Positions 23,846 to 35,629 of a DNA stretch of 48,166 bases are shown here, piece after piece. The notes under the pieces are model-generated. The model worked only from the letters and a program-made list of their open reading frames with translations, was not told where the DNA came from and searched no databases. Position numbers and translations under genes: made by a program. Position 1 is the first letter of the stretch, and every line of letters begins with the position of its first letter. This DNA comes from Trypethelium eluteriae (taxonomy: Eukaryota): positions 1 through 48,166 of the forward strand of contig JAVECL010000125.1 in NCBI GenBank assembly GCA_051942245.1, in the 5' to 3' direction.

Positions 23846-24291
23846 TGAGTCAGAAGCTATTCGGCTCAATTGGGGTTTAAATACAAATATAGAATATGTA
23901 AAGGAAAGAGATAACTAGGAAAGAACCCAATGAAGAAGGAGCGGAAATCTATGCTTTTTTTTCTTTTTTCTTTTATTGCACAGTGAAGCGCATAGGGAAG
24001 TAGGTGGACGATAGGCGACGTTTGGTCTGTTTCTTGGCAAATAATTCGACTAATTACCTAATTCTATTTAGCGTCGGTCTAGTGCGTGCCACTGCACAAA
24101 GGACGGGAGACTTTCTCCGGGGCTTCGACTCTGTACTCTCAACCTGCATTGTCATTGCTTCAACCTCATCTGAACACAGCATCAAGTATCTCTCAGGTTC
24201 ACTGACCTTGACAAAATATCAAATAGAGATAGCGGATAATAATGATTAAGAAAAGGGAACCAATGGGGGGAGAATGTGCGAGGTTTTTCTA

Positions 24292-25860
24292 TTAGCTACA
24301 TCTGTAAGCTAAACGTTCTGCGTATTGCATTCCATAGCCTTTTGGTTCCCCATTTGCTCCCCTTTCCGCCTCTTTTCTGCATATCTTCTTGTGGTCATTC
24401 GCCGTCTTTCCCTTTACAAGATCGGCGTTCTTCTGTCGCACTCTTTCCGCAAACCTTGCCTTGATATGCTATTTGGATCTTTATGCCAGCTCCTTCGTCT
24501 TCACATCCTCTCGGGGCTTGTGTTCCTTCTCCAATGCCTTTTCATGCTCTTTGGATTTGAGTTCCTTCTTCTCTGCCTTTACGTACCATGGGAAGCTTTA
24601 TTCCCTCTGCTTTGCCATGCCAATCTTACTCACACTATATTTCCTCTACTTTACTATACTCTTCTCACTCGTATGGTATTTGAGTCTGGCTGCCTTAGCC
24701 TTCTCACTCCTATTATATTTGAGTTCCGACGTCTTACCCCTCGCATTCCTTGCAAATTTCATTCTCAGCGCTTTTCTAGGTCTTTTCTGCCGTGCATGAA
24801 CCGACTCTTGAAGATTCTTAGGCCATTATATCGTTCTCAGTCATAACGGGCTTAAGCTGTCTCGCCTTACAGCTGTTCTAGTGGAGGGCCGTTAATGTTC
24901 ACACTAAATTCTTGGAGATCGGAGACTCTCATAGCAATTCTTCGTAGCTGATGAGCCTGTGTATTTACTGGGGCCTCCCAAATTGCACAGAGCTAAAATA
25001 CGGCGTTAGAGAGATTCCGTACCGGTTCCTTCCCAACATACTACTAGGTCTTGACCTTTGGGAATAAGGTAAGATCTATTGAGGGACTACGAGAATTACT
25101 GGAGGCACGGGAGACCAAAATATCAGCCACCTCCAGTCGCACTAACATTTCTTATCACGGATCTGCCGCACCCTTCTTGCAAATGTTTGTAAGGAATACC
25201 GAAGAGTGCGCTGCAACTAAGCCTGAGATGCTGTCTGGGGAGATCGTGTTCCAAACAAGAGCGTGACTGACGATTCAAGTCCGTGGTAGCATCACGGCTA
25301 TCCTTCACGGAGGCGCTTACGAAATTGCCGAGGAAACCTCTGGTCGTGAAGGCCTTCTCTCAATGCACCAGTACCACAAGGATTCTCTATCGATTGATTT
25401 GCATCTTGCTATTCTAGTCCGCATTTCTTTGAAGGTCTCAAAACGATATTCTGCGCCACCTATCAAATGCGCCTCGATGGTCCGCTGTTCCCCCAGGATG
25501 ACTCGCCTCCCTCTGGTCTGTGCTCCTCTCACTTTTCCTCCAACCCAGCGTGCATAGTCATTTGGGAGTTTAACGCTGTTATCTAACACGGGAGATTCTT
25601 CGCTCTGAGAACTTGAAGCTTTAGATCCGGCTTGCATTAAATTTAAGTCGACCCCATCGTTGCATAGCTCTCGGGTCTGCTGATCCTCCCATCTATCCCT
25701 TGTTGTAGCAATTTTCTGGACTTGCTAGACCTTACGCTAACGGAGTCACCGAATTTCTGGTAGAGAAACTTGCAAGGCTGAGGGTTGACATAGCCGGCGC
25801 TGGCTAGTTTACCTCTGCCCCGTTGGTGGCAAACAATGGCGACAATGTATCTCCATGTAG
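24292..25860 (-). pseudogene. Decayed gene with a Lys/Glu-rich 13-aa tandem repeat C-terminus
   Basis: A single frame 24840-24292 reads as a charged repeat protein but is broken by TAA/TAG at 24826, 24646, 24598, 24481 and 24469. Upstream ORF fragment 25317-25637 and intron-like signals lie on the same strand. The 5' boundary is uncertain. Confidence 0.6.
24440..24762 (-). repeat. Degenerate 39-bp (13-codon) tandem repeat, about 8 units
   Basis: CTTCTCACTCGTATGGTATTTGAGT (24661) vs CTTCTCACTCCTATTATATTTGAGT (24700). Translated units include MKFARNARGKTSE / LKYNRSEKAKAAR / LKYHTSEKSIVK* / RKYSVSKIGMAKQ, then KAEKKELKSKEHE / KALEKEHKPREDV / KTKELA*RSK*HI. Confidence 0.75.
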
Positions 25861-26098
25861 GGTATAAAAATACTTTTGGCGTCGGGCTGATGTCAAGGAC
25901 TACTGGCTCTTATATTCAGCCACGCTGTGCATGCGCTTTTCCGTGCAATCTTGACCGCAGGTTTGTTTGACTAGCTGTTTCTTGAGCTGAACAGGCCAGG
26001 TCCAGAGCATCAGACTTATATTGTTACTCAGCTGGTGTATCGTCATTCAACGAAATCAATTAACAATCTAGTTGATCGACATATACCCTCTTGACAAC

Positions 26099-28253
26099 AT
26101 GAGGAGTTTACGAGAACGGACGCACTCGATCAAAGACACTTGGGCTCTCGAGTTCCTGTCATTATTTGGTAGTCTGTCTTCTCTTGCTACTATGGTCATG
26201 CTTTTGGCTCACTACAATAACCACCCTATTTTTGTTTGGCATGGTGTTACCCTAAATGCATACGTCTCCATTTTGTCGACTGCGATCAAGGGCTGGCTTA
26301 TTTTTCCAGTGACTGAAACAGTCAGTCAGTGGAAATGGATAATGTTCTCAAGGATGCAACATCGCTTGGTTGATTTCGACTGTGTCGACAGTGCAAGCCG
26401 CGGCCCACTTGGGACTGTACAGACGTTGTATAGGAGAACTGGAGGGTAGGTTGAACGTCATCTTCTGATCAACTGCCAAAATCTGACCTGAGAAGGTGGT
26501 CTCTGACCCTAGGCACTTTAATTATCCTCCTTGCTATCGCAATAGATCCATTTGTACAACAGCTTGTGCACATCCAGGAACAGGTAATATACCGGAAAAG
26601 TAACCAGGCGGTACTTCCGATAGCTACGCGTTATTCCAGAGGGTCTACATATGCCTTTAGAGTTCCCGCTCTGTGTTGTAAGTATACTATCATTTTAAGG
26701 TCCAAGCCAGTGCTAAGGGAAGTGTAGCGTTTTCTGAGGGTAATGGATCGGCGGTGGTTAATGAGACTGCGTGTGTGCCAGAAGAAGCAGACATCGATTT
26801 TACCATGCGGTCTGCAATATTTTATGGCCTCTCAAACTCGCAGTCATCAGCCATGCGACAACTAGAGTTCAGCTGTCCATCTGGGAATTGTACTTGGGAT
26901 GCATTCCAATCTCTAGCTGTTTGCAGCAAGTGCGAAGACGTTAGTGATCAACTACGGAAAGTTCCGCCATCACAAGAAACAGTTTTCGACACAGACTCCT
27001 GCTTTGGGTCAGGATCACCTCCCTTTGTCAAGAAAGGTGGGCCGTTAACCACTTTTTCCTTTCCTAATGGCCTCAAAATAGTCAGCAACGATGGCTTTCT
27101 CCCAAAATTGATGATGACATTATGGTCAACCGTTAAACCTTCGTCGACGATCGGTTTTCAGTCGAATTCTGAATTGATATATTCAACATCCTTCATCAAG
27201 GCCATAGATAATGTCATCTGGCCAGGCACATCTCTCAGGGCCACTGAATGCGCCTTGTATTATTGCGTCAATGAGTATACGTCTAAAGTGCTGAACGGAT
27301 TTCTCGTGGAGAATGCCACGCAGATCACCTCAGCGAAAATATCTAATAGATCATGGCAGCCTTCAGATACAAACAATGCTTCTCGTCACGATCACTTGAT
27401 CGCTGACCCACCGCACTTCGTCAAAAGGACAGATCTCATGTTAGGAAATCAATACAACGTCTCACAGACCAGCATTGACGGAATTCACGCATTCTTCAAG
27501 AACCTCTTTGATGGCACTGACGGCGTTTGCTATGGTGGAGAACTATTCCACATGAATGGCTTCGCAGGGTCCGTACTTGACCTTGGCTGGACGCTTGTTC
27601 CCGCAGAGTCCCAAGAAACTCTTATGAGCTTCGACCCTCTGATTATGCAGGCATTCTATCAAAGTACTAACCTGACAGATACGTTTGAAAGCATTGCTTG
27701 GAGCATGTCCAATGCCATACGAGAGGGGGCAGATGAGGAAGGAGGCAAAAGGTCATCGGTCACAGGACAGAATGGAATTCTCATGAATCATTACTCGATT
27801 CAATGGCCGTGGATTAGCCTTCCGATAACTCTTATTCTGGCAAGCTATATTTTTCTTTGCCTAGGAGTATATTACTCTCACAAAGCTAAGGTTCCAGTCT
27901 GGAAATCGTCTTCGCTTGCAGCTCTGGCGCGAGGGCGCTGCGTGTCCGATCATCTCAAGGGCACTACTACGATCAGCGGGATGGAAGACAAGGCAGAAGG
28001 TACATTTGCACGTTTGATCGATTTTGGAAGCCTCGAAATTTCAGGAACATCACTCAGGGATTTGTCACAAACGTTATTCCCGCTCTCTCGACAGTCTAGT
28101 CCTCCCGCTCTTCGGCCTGCTGACCTCGAAAGGGGTAGCAATCCTGTACTTCGAGTCTCCCAAGACTTAACGCTTGAAAGGGACGTGAGTGAGATTGACG
28201 AAGACGATGGACAAGAAGGGCAACCTATGCGAACGACCTGGTGCAACACTTAA
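26099..28253 (+). CDS. DUF3176-family membrane protein, 3 exons
   Basis: W-xE-hydrophobic TM1, GVTLNAYVSILST, VSQWKW-F...DF-x-x-DSASRGPLG, AIDPFVQQL, CPSGNCTWDAFQSLAVCSKC-DVS, ATECALYYCV, IQWPWISLP and VWKSSSLA. Introns 26446-26495 and 26678-26727. Confidence 0.85.
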
Positions 28254-28495
28254 AGACGTCGCCTTCTTAACCTCGAAAGGGCACTATTAAGATCACAGAC
28301 TACTAAATTGAAGATGATCGGTGTGTTTTCTCTGTTAAGAGTGGAATAGCTTCATGATGTGGGCGGTTTTTCTCTTTTCTTTTGTTCTCTTTCCCTCAAG
28401 CAAGATTTGTAAAACAGAGTACAAAAATTTCGATTGCCTGATCTCATTAGCTTTCATGACAATCGATCGTCCACTGTTTTGCCTCCGTCCAATAT

Positions 28496-30445
28496 CTACA
28501 GCATCATCAATGCAGCCAGTACTTCTCCGCAAATAAACCCCAGCAGCACCTTCCACTGGAGAGTAAAACCGTGTCCAAACATTCGCTGAATATCTCCTTG
28601 CACACTCTGTGGAAATTGATGGATTTTTGCTGCAGATTGCAAAACCTCCGAGGCGTCACTGGCTCCCAATAATGAGTTGAGTTGGGGTCGTGTGCTGCTA
28701 CTGAACACCGCAGTAACAACTCCTAACCCAACAGTCCCTCCCAAGTACCTGAATTGCATCCCGGCGCCCAAGGCTGAAGCTGAAGAAAGTTTTGTGAGTG
28801 CTGAAATGTGCATTTCGCGCTCAGATTTGAGACTTACGGATCAGATGTTTTTCCACCATGAAAGGCACAGAGGTTACGAGCAGGATATTGTTGATTCCCA
28901 GCCCGATTCCCAGCACGACCTCGTATACGTACTCTGCAGGATCGATTGTTGTAGTATTTGGAAGCTGGCAGAAGAGAGCAGCGCCTACGATCTGGATAGC
29001 AATGCCCACCAGCAAGCCATATGCAGGCTTTATTTGATATCTGGAAACGAGCATGGAGCTAATGAAAGCAATTAAGGAAACCGCGATCATGAAAGGCAAT
29101 AGACGAATGGCCGCATCAAAGGGAGACTCGCCATCCAGGATTTGGAAGCGCTCTGGTATCTGGACAATGGCACTCGTGGTCGGTGTGCTAACAAGGAAGA
29201 AGCTCCTGCACTCGAGCGCGGTCAGCAAACGGAGCAAGGGGAGTATTGAGATGGTTTCGAGGTTAGCGAACTGTGGGACTGTCGAGTCGAATTGGAAATA
29301 TTTCGTACATGAACATGCCAATACACTTTCTGGATGTGAATTTCCAAGTCAAGACTGGAACAACGTCTTTCCAGTGTAGCGTGACGAAACGTTCCCAGAG
29401 AACGAAGAGAATGGCCGACACGCTGGCAAAGGTGAGCAGACAGATCGACGGGACGGAGTTCCAATTCCAGTCAATGTCTGCCTCCTGCAGGGCTGTGACG
29501 AACAGGACCGACAACGCGAGGAAGAGACCAGCTCCTATGAGATCGAGCTTCCTTAACGATGAAAATACTGCGGCAGGATCTTTCCGACCCTTGAGATTGT
29601 GCCGAGGGAATCCATTAGGAAGCGCAATAGTGTCAATCAGCAGAGGTAAGCATGCTAAGGGGATACTGCGATTGACAGAGTCAGCCAAGGATTCGCTCTG
29701 ACATTTTTCATATTCGGTTACAAAAGACAACGTGAGAGGAGCCTTACTTCAGCCAGAATACCCATCGCCAGGTTGTGGTGCTGCTTATTGAACCTCCTAT
29801 CAGAGGACCGAGACCAAAAGCCAAGATATACATGACGGACGCGATCGCGGAATATTTTGGGAATTTCGCAGGTCCCGTAACTTCCGCCAAGATGACGATG
29901 GACATATTGAAGACTCCTGCGCCACCGATGCCCTGGAAAGCTCGGAAGATTATGCTATATACTCATTAGCCAGGATCTTTCACGAGATCGGAGTACAAAC
30001 AGTTGAAGAGCTGTCCGAGATCCGGCACATGCACCAGAAAATGAGATGAAGAGGACGTGTGCCAGGATCACGGACGGCTTTCTTCCCAGTACGTGACTGA
30101 ATTGAGCCCAGATGATCAGGAATCCTGCATCATGAAGTTATAAACGGCTAGCACACACAAAGATACCAAGAGGCTTGCCGGTGTATGTTAACATGTATGC
30201 GTTAATGACCCAAGATATATGCTTGAAAGCCTGTAGCTCATTGGTGATATCAACCAAGGCCGTGCTCACGATTGAGACCTCCATAGTGGAGAGGAAGATT
30301 CCAAGCATCAAACTGCCGGGTCCAATTAGTCTTATTGTTCTCGCCATGGTTCCGGAAGCAGCCAAAGTTACCCTATTATCGTGAAGTGAAATCTCCATCC
30401 AGTTAGATGAGGACCGTATGGGGCCTTCTGCTGCTTTTCCAGCAT
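28496..30445 (-). CDS. MFS drug:H+ antiporter (DHA2, 14-TM type), multi-exon
   Basis: MLEKQQKAPYGPHLTGWRFHFTIIG|LMLGIFLSTMEVSIVSTAL, WVINAYMLTYT|GFLIIWAQFSHVLGRK, IIFRAFQGIGGAG, LGPLIGGSI...WRWVFWLN, LDLIGAGL, QIPERFQ...AAIRLLP, QFRYLGGTVGLGV. The 3' end is uncertain (TAG at 28496). Confidence 0.85.
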
Positions 30446-32010
30446 GTTCTCCTTTCCAGAAGAAACGACATGTTGCTCTGAGTTGCTTGAACGTAACGTA
30501 GAGTCGGGGGAGTTTGCACGGTCTGGTGTGGATTGCAATGACATGATGGTTTGTCAGATTGAGCACGAAAGGACAGCGTGAACTGCTTCCAGTCAGGTAC
30601 AGACCATGCAAGAAGAAGGACGAAGGCAGTATATATGGATCTTTACCAGAATGTCGATTTGTTTCCAATATAGGAAATGGTGGCCAAAGACCAATGGCCA
30701 CGAAAGGCACATCAAGGAAGTCTTCTACTAGACCCCATACTCCCTGTCCATCAGCGTTCTTCCGCAAGACCCCTTGTCTATATGAAGATCTTGCAGTGAA
30801 TTTGTTCGGACCTTAACCAGCTTGGAGGCACTCGGACTGAGCGTGGTGAGAGCCGATCTGAGCTATCATGCTTGCGGAGACGCCGAAACCTTCATCCCAA
30901 GCATGCAACTCTGGATATTCAGCAAGATCATCTGGATCTCTGATGGCACCAAATTGGCGTTCGTCCCTGTGATGGTTGTGTGGGGCCACTCGGCATAATG
31001 TTTCAAGATCCTTACTGGTTCTTGTAATACTATTTCCAAATGAAAATCAACAGTACCTTTACCAAGGCTTACGGCAACTTTGGATCGAATCTGCAGATAA
31101 TTTTCAAGGAAATTTCATCGAAAAAACATTGTTGTGGTCGTACCAACATTCCAGGGCTGAACGACATCGTAGCTGCTGCTTCCTTCTACCCGAAAGGCAA
31201 TCCGTGCTGGCTTACACTAGGTGAGTGTATTCATGAGGATAAGATTGCTGTTTGTTTCAGTGGCCCAGACTGAATCCGCGCTGAGTCCTAATTTGATCGC
31301 TTAATTACAGTGCTGTGAACCGAACCTTGTGAGGCTTCTGTTTGAAGTTTTCGCCATCGGTGCTTTCCGCTGTCGCGCTGCGCGTACGGCAAGAGTGAGT
31401 AGACAGCGGAGTCTGGACTCGGTTGGTCGGCATGACGTGAATTTGCCTGCTGGGCAGTGTCAGTTGGCGAGCGCAGATTTGCCTCATGGAGATTTCTGGG
31501 GGGAGGGTTACCAAAAGAAGCTAGACTGCTTCCTCTTGCTGTTGGTGTTACTCTCCTCTACCGTCGATGGCAGACGAAAAAAATCGTACAGGCTCCCAAG
31601 GACGGAACTCCAATAATGGCAATAATTCAACGAGAAGCAAAGTTCGACGTGAGATCGTTACGATCACTACGGAGCACGAAAGCTTTCAATCGACTGCCGC
31701 GATCGCCATGTCGGGCCAACGGCGTTCCCGCTGTGCAACTTAGACATGAATCTCGTCTCCAGAAGCTGCTAGTCGGTGGAGTCTGCTAATCTACGAACTC
31801 TCATGAAGAGCTCGTGGGCCATGTAGCTTGGTGGAAGTTGGCTGCGTTGCCTCTCGTAGGACTTAAAAGCCAATCTTGGCCATCCTAGTCGATGTATGGG
31901 CCCTGCAGTCCCACCTGCATTGCTCACTTTCGCAAGTCAAGTATCTCGTGAGTAATTCTCGATATAGTTACCTGTTACTTCTCCTTTTCCTCGTCACCTT
32001 TTCTCTGGCA

Positions 32011-33853
32011 ATGATCTTCGAGCTCGTTTCATTACTCTATCAGCGGTGGGCTGCCTTGGCTATTACTTGTCTAGTTTTCTACGTGAGTGTTTAATCTAGA
32101 ATGCCAGTGGTTCACGACTGAATCCCCAAGTTTCTATACATATGTGTCTACAGGCTATACTACCACCCTTTGGCCAAGTACCCAGGACCCTTCCTGGCGA
32201 AGCTTACAGATTTGTATGCCGCCTACTATGCCTACACTGGAGATTTACATATCAAAATGAAGGAGGCCCACGATCAATACGGTATTATTAGAGAATCTAA
32301 ACTGTATAGCTACCTCTTGCTTACGCTTCGATTAGGTGATTATGTCCGGTTTGGCCCGGCGAAGATCTTGTGCAATACCAATACTAGCCTCCATGGTATG
32401 TAAAATCTTTGAACACTTAGGAATGAGGTTGACTGTGAGCAGTAATCTACAAGTCGAAGCATGTCAAAAAGTCCGCGGGCTACCTGGTATCGCAGAGATC
32501 CAGAGGGGCATGGAACTTATTTAACGCCGTAGATAAGACAATTCATGCGAGAAAGAAGAGAGTAATGCGTCAAGCATTCACTACAGAAAGTCTGCGGCGA
32601 TTTGAACCAGTCTGGCTTAAACAGATTCAGGTCTTTGTTGATCTGCTGACACCCAGCTCTCGTCGAGATGCGCAATCTGAGTGGACAGCTCCTAAAGATG
32701 TCGCTTCCTATGGTATTGCTTTCTCTTTCTCATTAATGACATGATACTAATCCCTACGATTAAGTTGAACATATGGCAATCGATATGATGGGTACCGTGG
32801 GATTCGGCCACGAGCTCTGCTTACAATCTCATCCCAACAATCGTTATATGCCTCACGTAATAGCCAAAATTCAAAAATGGACCAGTACCCATGTACAGTC
32901 CCCGAGTCTCGCTTGGCTCTGTCTGGATATGATCTTTTATCCACAGCAAATTTACTACGGAAAAAGATTACTTGAACAGGTTCGAATATTTGTCGAGGAG
33001 AGGACGAATGCTCAGGAAGCGAAGAATGACATCTTCTCGTTTCTTGTTGACGCCGTTGATCCCGAGACTGGAGAGCATTTCTCGATCACTGAACTTTGGT
33101 CCGAAGCCAAACTTCTCACGATTGCTAGTAAGTGGATTCGAGCACATCATCCTTTTGGAATCTGTGGGGGATCAGAAGCTAAACAAATGATTGAGATTTT
33201 CAGCGGGAGAGACTGTCGCTGCTGCCCTTACCGCCGTCTTATTTTACCTCAGTCGCAATTCCGATAGCTACGACAGGGTAGTCAATGAAATTCGGACGGC
33301 CTTCAAGGAGGCAAGAGATATTCGCTTAGGTGGTACGATGGATTCATGCACCTTCCTCCATGCTTGCATCAAAGAGAGCATGCGCATGTCTCCCCCAACG
33401 GGAAGTGCGCCGTGGCGTGAAGTTGAAGTCGACAACCTCCTAATAGATGGGCATGAGATCCCCAAAGGCTGCAACGTCGCGACCTCTATCTATGCAATTC
33501 ATCATAAAGAGGAGTATTTCCCAGATTCTTACAGCTTCCGTCCCGAACGCTGGCTACAAGAAGATCCAGCACTAGAATCGGAAGCAGCCAAAAGTGCATT
33601 CAGGCCATTCTCGCTCGGGAGCCGAGTCTGCATCGGACAAGGGCTTGCCATGGCAGAGATCGCAGACGTGCTCGCGCTCCTCCTGTGGCATTTGGATTTT
33701 CGCAAAGCGTCCGACGAGTCGTTGGCGAAGATCGGCGAAGGAACCGAGGGAGCTAAGAATGGACGGCATCGAGTGGGTGAGTTCCAGATGAAGGATCACA
33801 TCGTTGGTCAGTATCAGGGCCTCTTTCTGGAATGCAGACGACGACAAACATGA
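32011..33853 (+). CDS. Cytochrome P450 monooxygenase, about 6 exons
   Basis: N-terminal TM + YRLYYHPLAKYPGP, ExxR (KESMR), PERW, heme motif FSLGSRVCIG. Introns start at about 32083, 32282, 32396, 32713 and 33128; the spliced frame appears intact. Confidence 0.93.
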
Positions 33854-35629
33854 AGGACGCTGAACTTGATCTCTGAGACATCAAGAAAATCCACCCGTAT
33901 TCGAAGCAATACTTTCTACACGACGCTACATCTTACTCTAGGGAATTACAAAAGAGAGTGCATTGTTTTGCTTCCCACGTGGGATGCTATTACAAGAGAT
34001 TGCTCCAGCTAACGCAAATTTTGTGTTTGGCTCCTTATGGGACAAGATGTTGTCATGTATACTATCTATAGATCCCGACCCTGGTATATACTGGCGAGGA
34101 GATTGAGTGGTTCATTGCTCACTATGTAGTTTTAGCCTCTTATGTTCTTTAGTCTAGCAATGTTCATAGAGTAAATGCATCGCACACAGTCGAGTACAGT
34201 GTGGGTACCCGGAGTAATTAGTTCAAAAGAGCACGACTCAGCCTACGCTTCGAGCTTGCCACTCATAGATTCTTCAACAAATTTGCGGACTGGAAGTATA
34301 AATACAACTGAGTCTTTCTGATACGGTGACTGTTTCTGACCGTATATCTGTAGCCTGCCCAGATGATGGCGATACAGTCCATCACGAGTGGCCGCAGGAT
34401 TGCTTAGCAATGCTAGAAAATACGACCTCTCTAGCTGGATGTAGATCCGCTGCAACTAGCTTGTCGAAATTTTGGCCTCTCTTTTGCGTAATGCGTACAT
34501 ATGAGCTCTGAAAGCTTATTACCCACCATTGTGACAGGAAACACGGAAAAAATGACCTGCTGCCTCGCTATACTGCCATTAAGTATAGTGAAGGCTAAAT
34601 GAGCGTGCAGTTCGAGCCGGTAAGGGCTGTTTCTTCCCCATACTGGGAGGCTTCCTGAATTGCTATATCTGTCTGCGAGCAGTGCCGCCGTATCCTGGTC
34701 GCGCCATTTGGAACTGACGATATGATTGCCACTTCATCTGAGATCGAGGCACTGAGGGCAACCGTTTCTGAACAAGGCTACCTGGGAAGTCAGGGCCTCA
34801 TGCGCCCTGCCATGCCTCCATCCTTGCTGTACTGGACTGGGTCGAAGGAGAAGCGGAAGCAGCGCAGATCCGGCGGAGGCGGAGCTGTACTGGAGTAAGC
34901 GCCTGGGTCGCCTCTGGCTCTGACTATTAATTCCAAGTATACGGTTGTTCTAACGCGGCAAAGTTGCACGCGGCTACCCTGGAGGAGAGTGGGAGCCGGG
35001 CATAGCTGATTGAGAAGGAGATATGGAGATATTGGATGCATTTTGGGAAGTCTCTTCCGATTGAAGAGTGGCGGCAGTAGCGTTCGACGGGCTTTCGATC
35101 CAGTGAGAATGTCATTGACTAGTTCAATTGTTTCATTTGCCGTAAGGCCACATGCTGACAGTGGATGTAGTACCGAAAATTTAGAATAAAGTTGTCGTAT
35201 TGGAAATGCTCTCAAGTAAATCCGCTGCTTTGACCTACTTAACAATACGGCAGCGGAGCCATCAGAGTCTTCTTGAGCGGACGAGGGATCGGCTCTTGCT
35301 TCTCAGGTAATAGAACACTGTAGTAAGCTGTGAATCAAGATTTCTAAGGAAGCCATTCGCGGGTCAACCTAGCATTTTTCCATGAACCCGGGCATAATAT
35401 CCTCAAATGTCCATTTCAATGCTCATTTTCTTATTGCATCAATGCGCTCACCAGGTCTTGACACAATATAGCCGAAATTTACAAACCGGGAAGCTCAGAG
35501 GGTATCAAATGCATCGCGCCCTCGCTCCATTTCGACAAGGAGCCCCTCAACCAAATCGATTCTCACCATACAATCTCCAACCCCTAATCCGAAGACTGAA
35601 CAAAAGCACCCCCGCACATTAGCGCCTCC

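Noticed and set aside
30460..31990. Protein-like fragments between the MFS and P450 (e.g. GVWGLVEDFLDVPF; ORF 31040-31273), considered as a remnant cluster transcription factor
   Set aside because: No Zn2Cys6 or other motif was found and I could not build a consistent exon chain.
34240..35245. Short minus-strand ORFs (151, 62 and 70 aa) between the P450 and dmm-1
   Set aside because: No recognisable domain or consistent frame; at most an unidentifiable relic.
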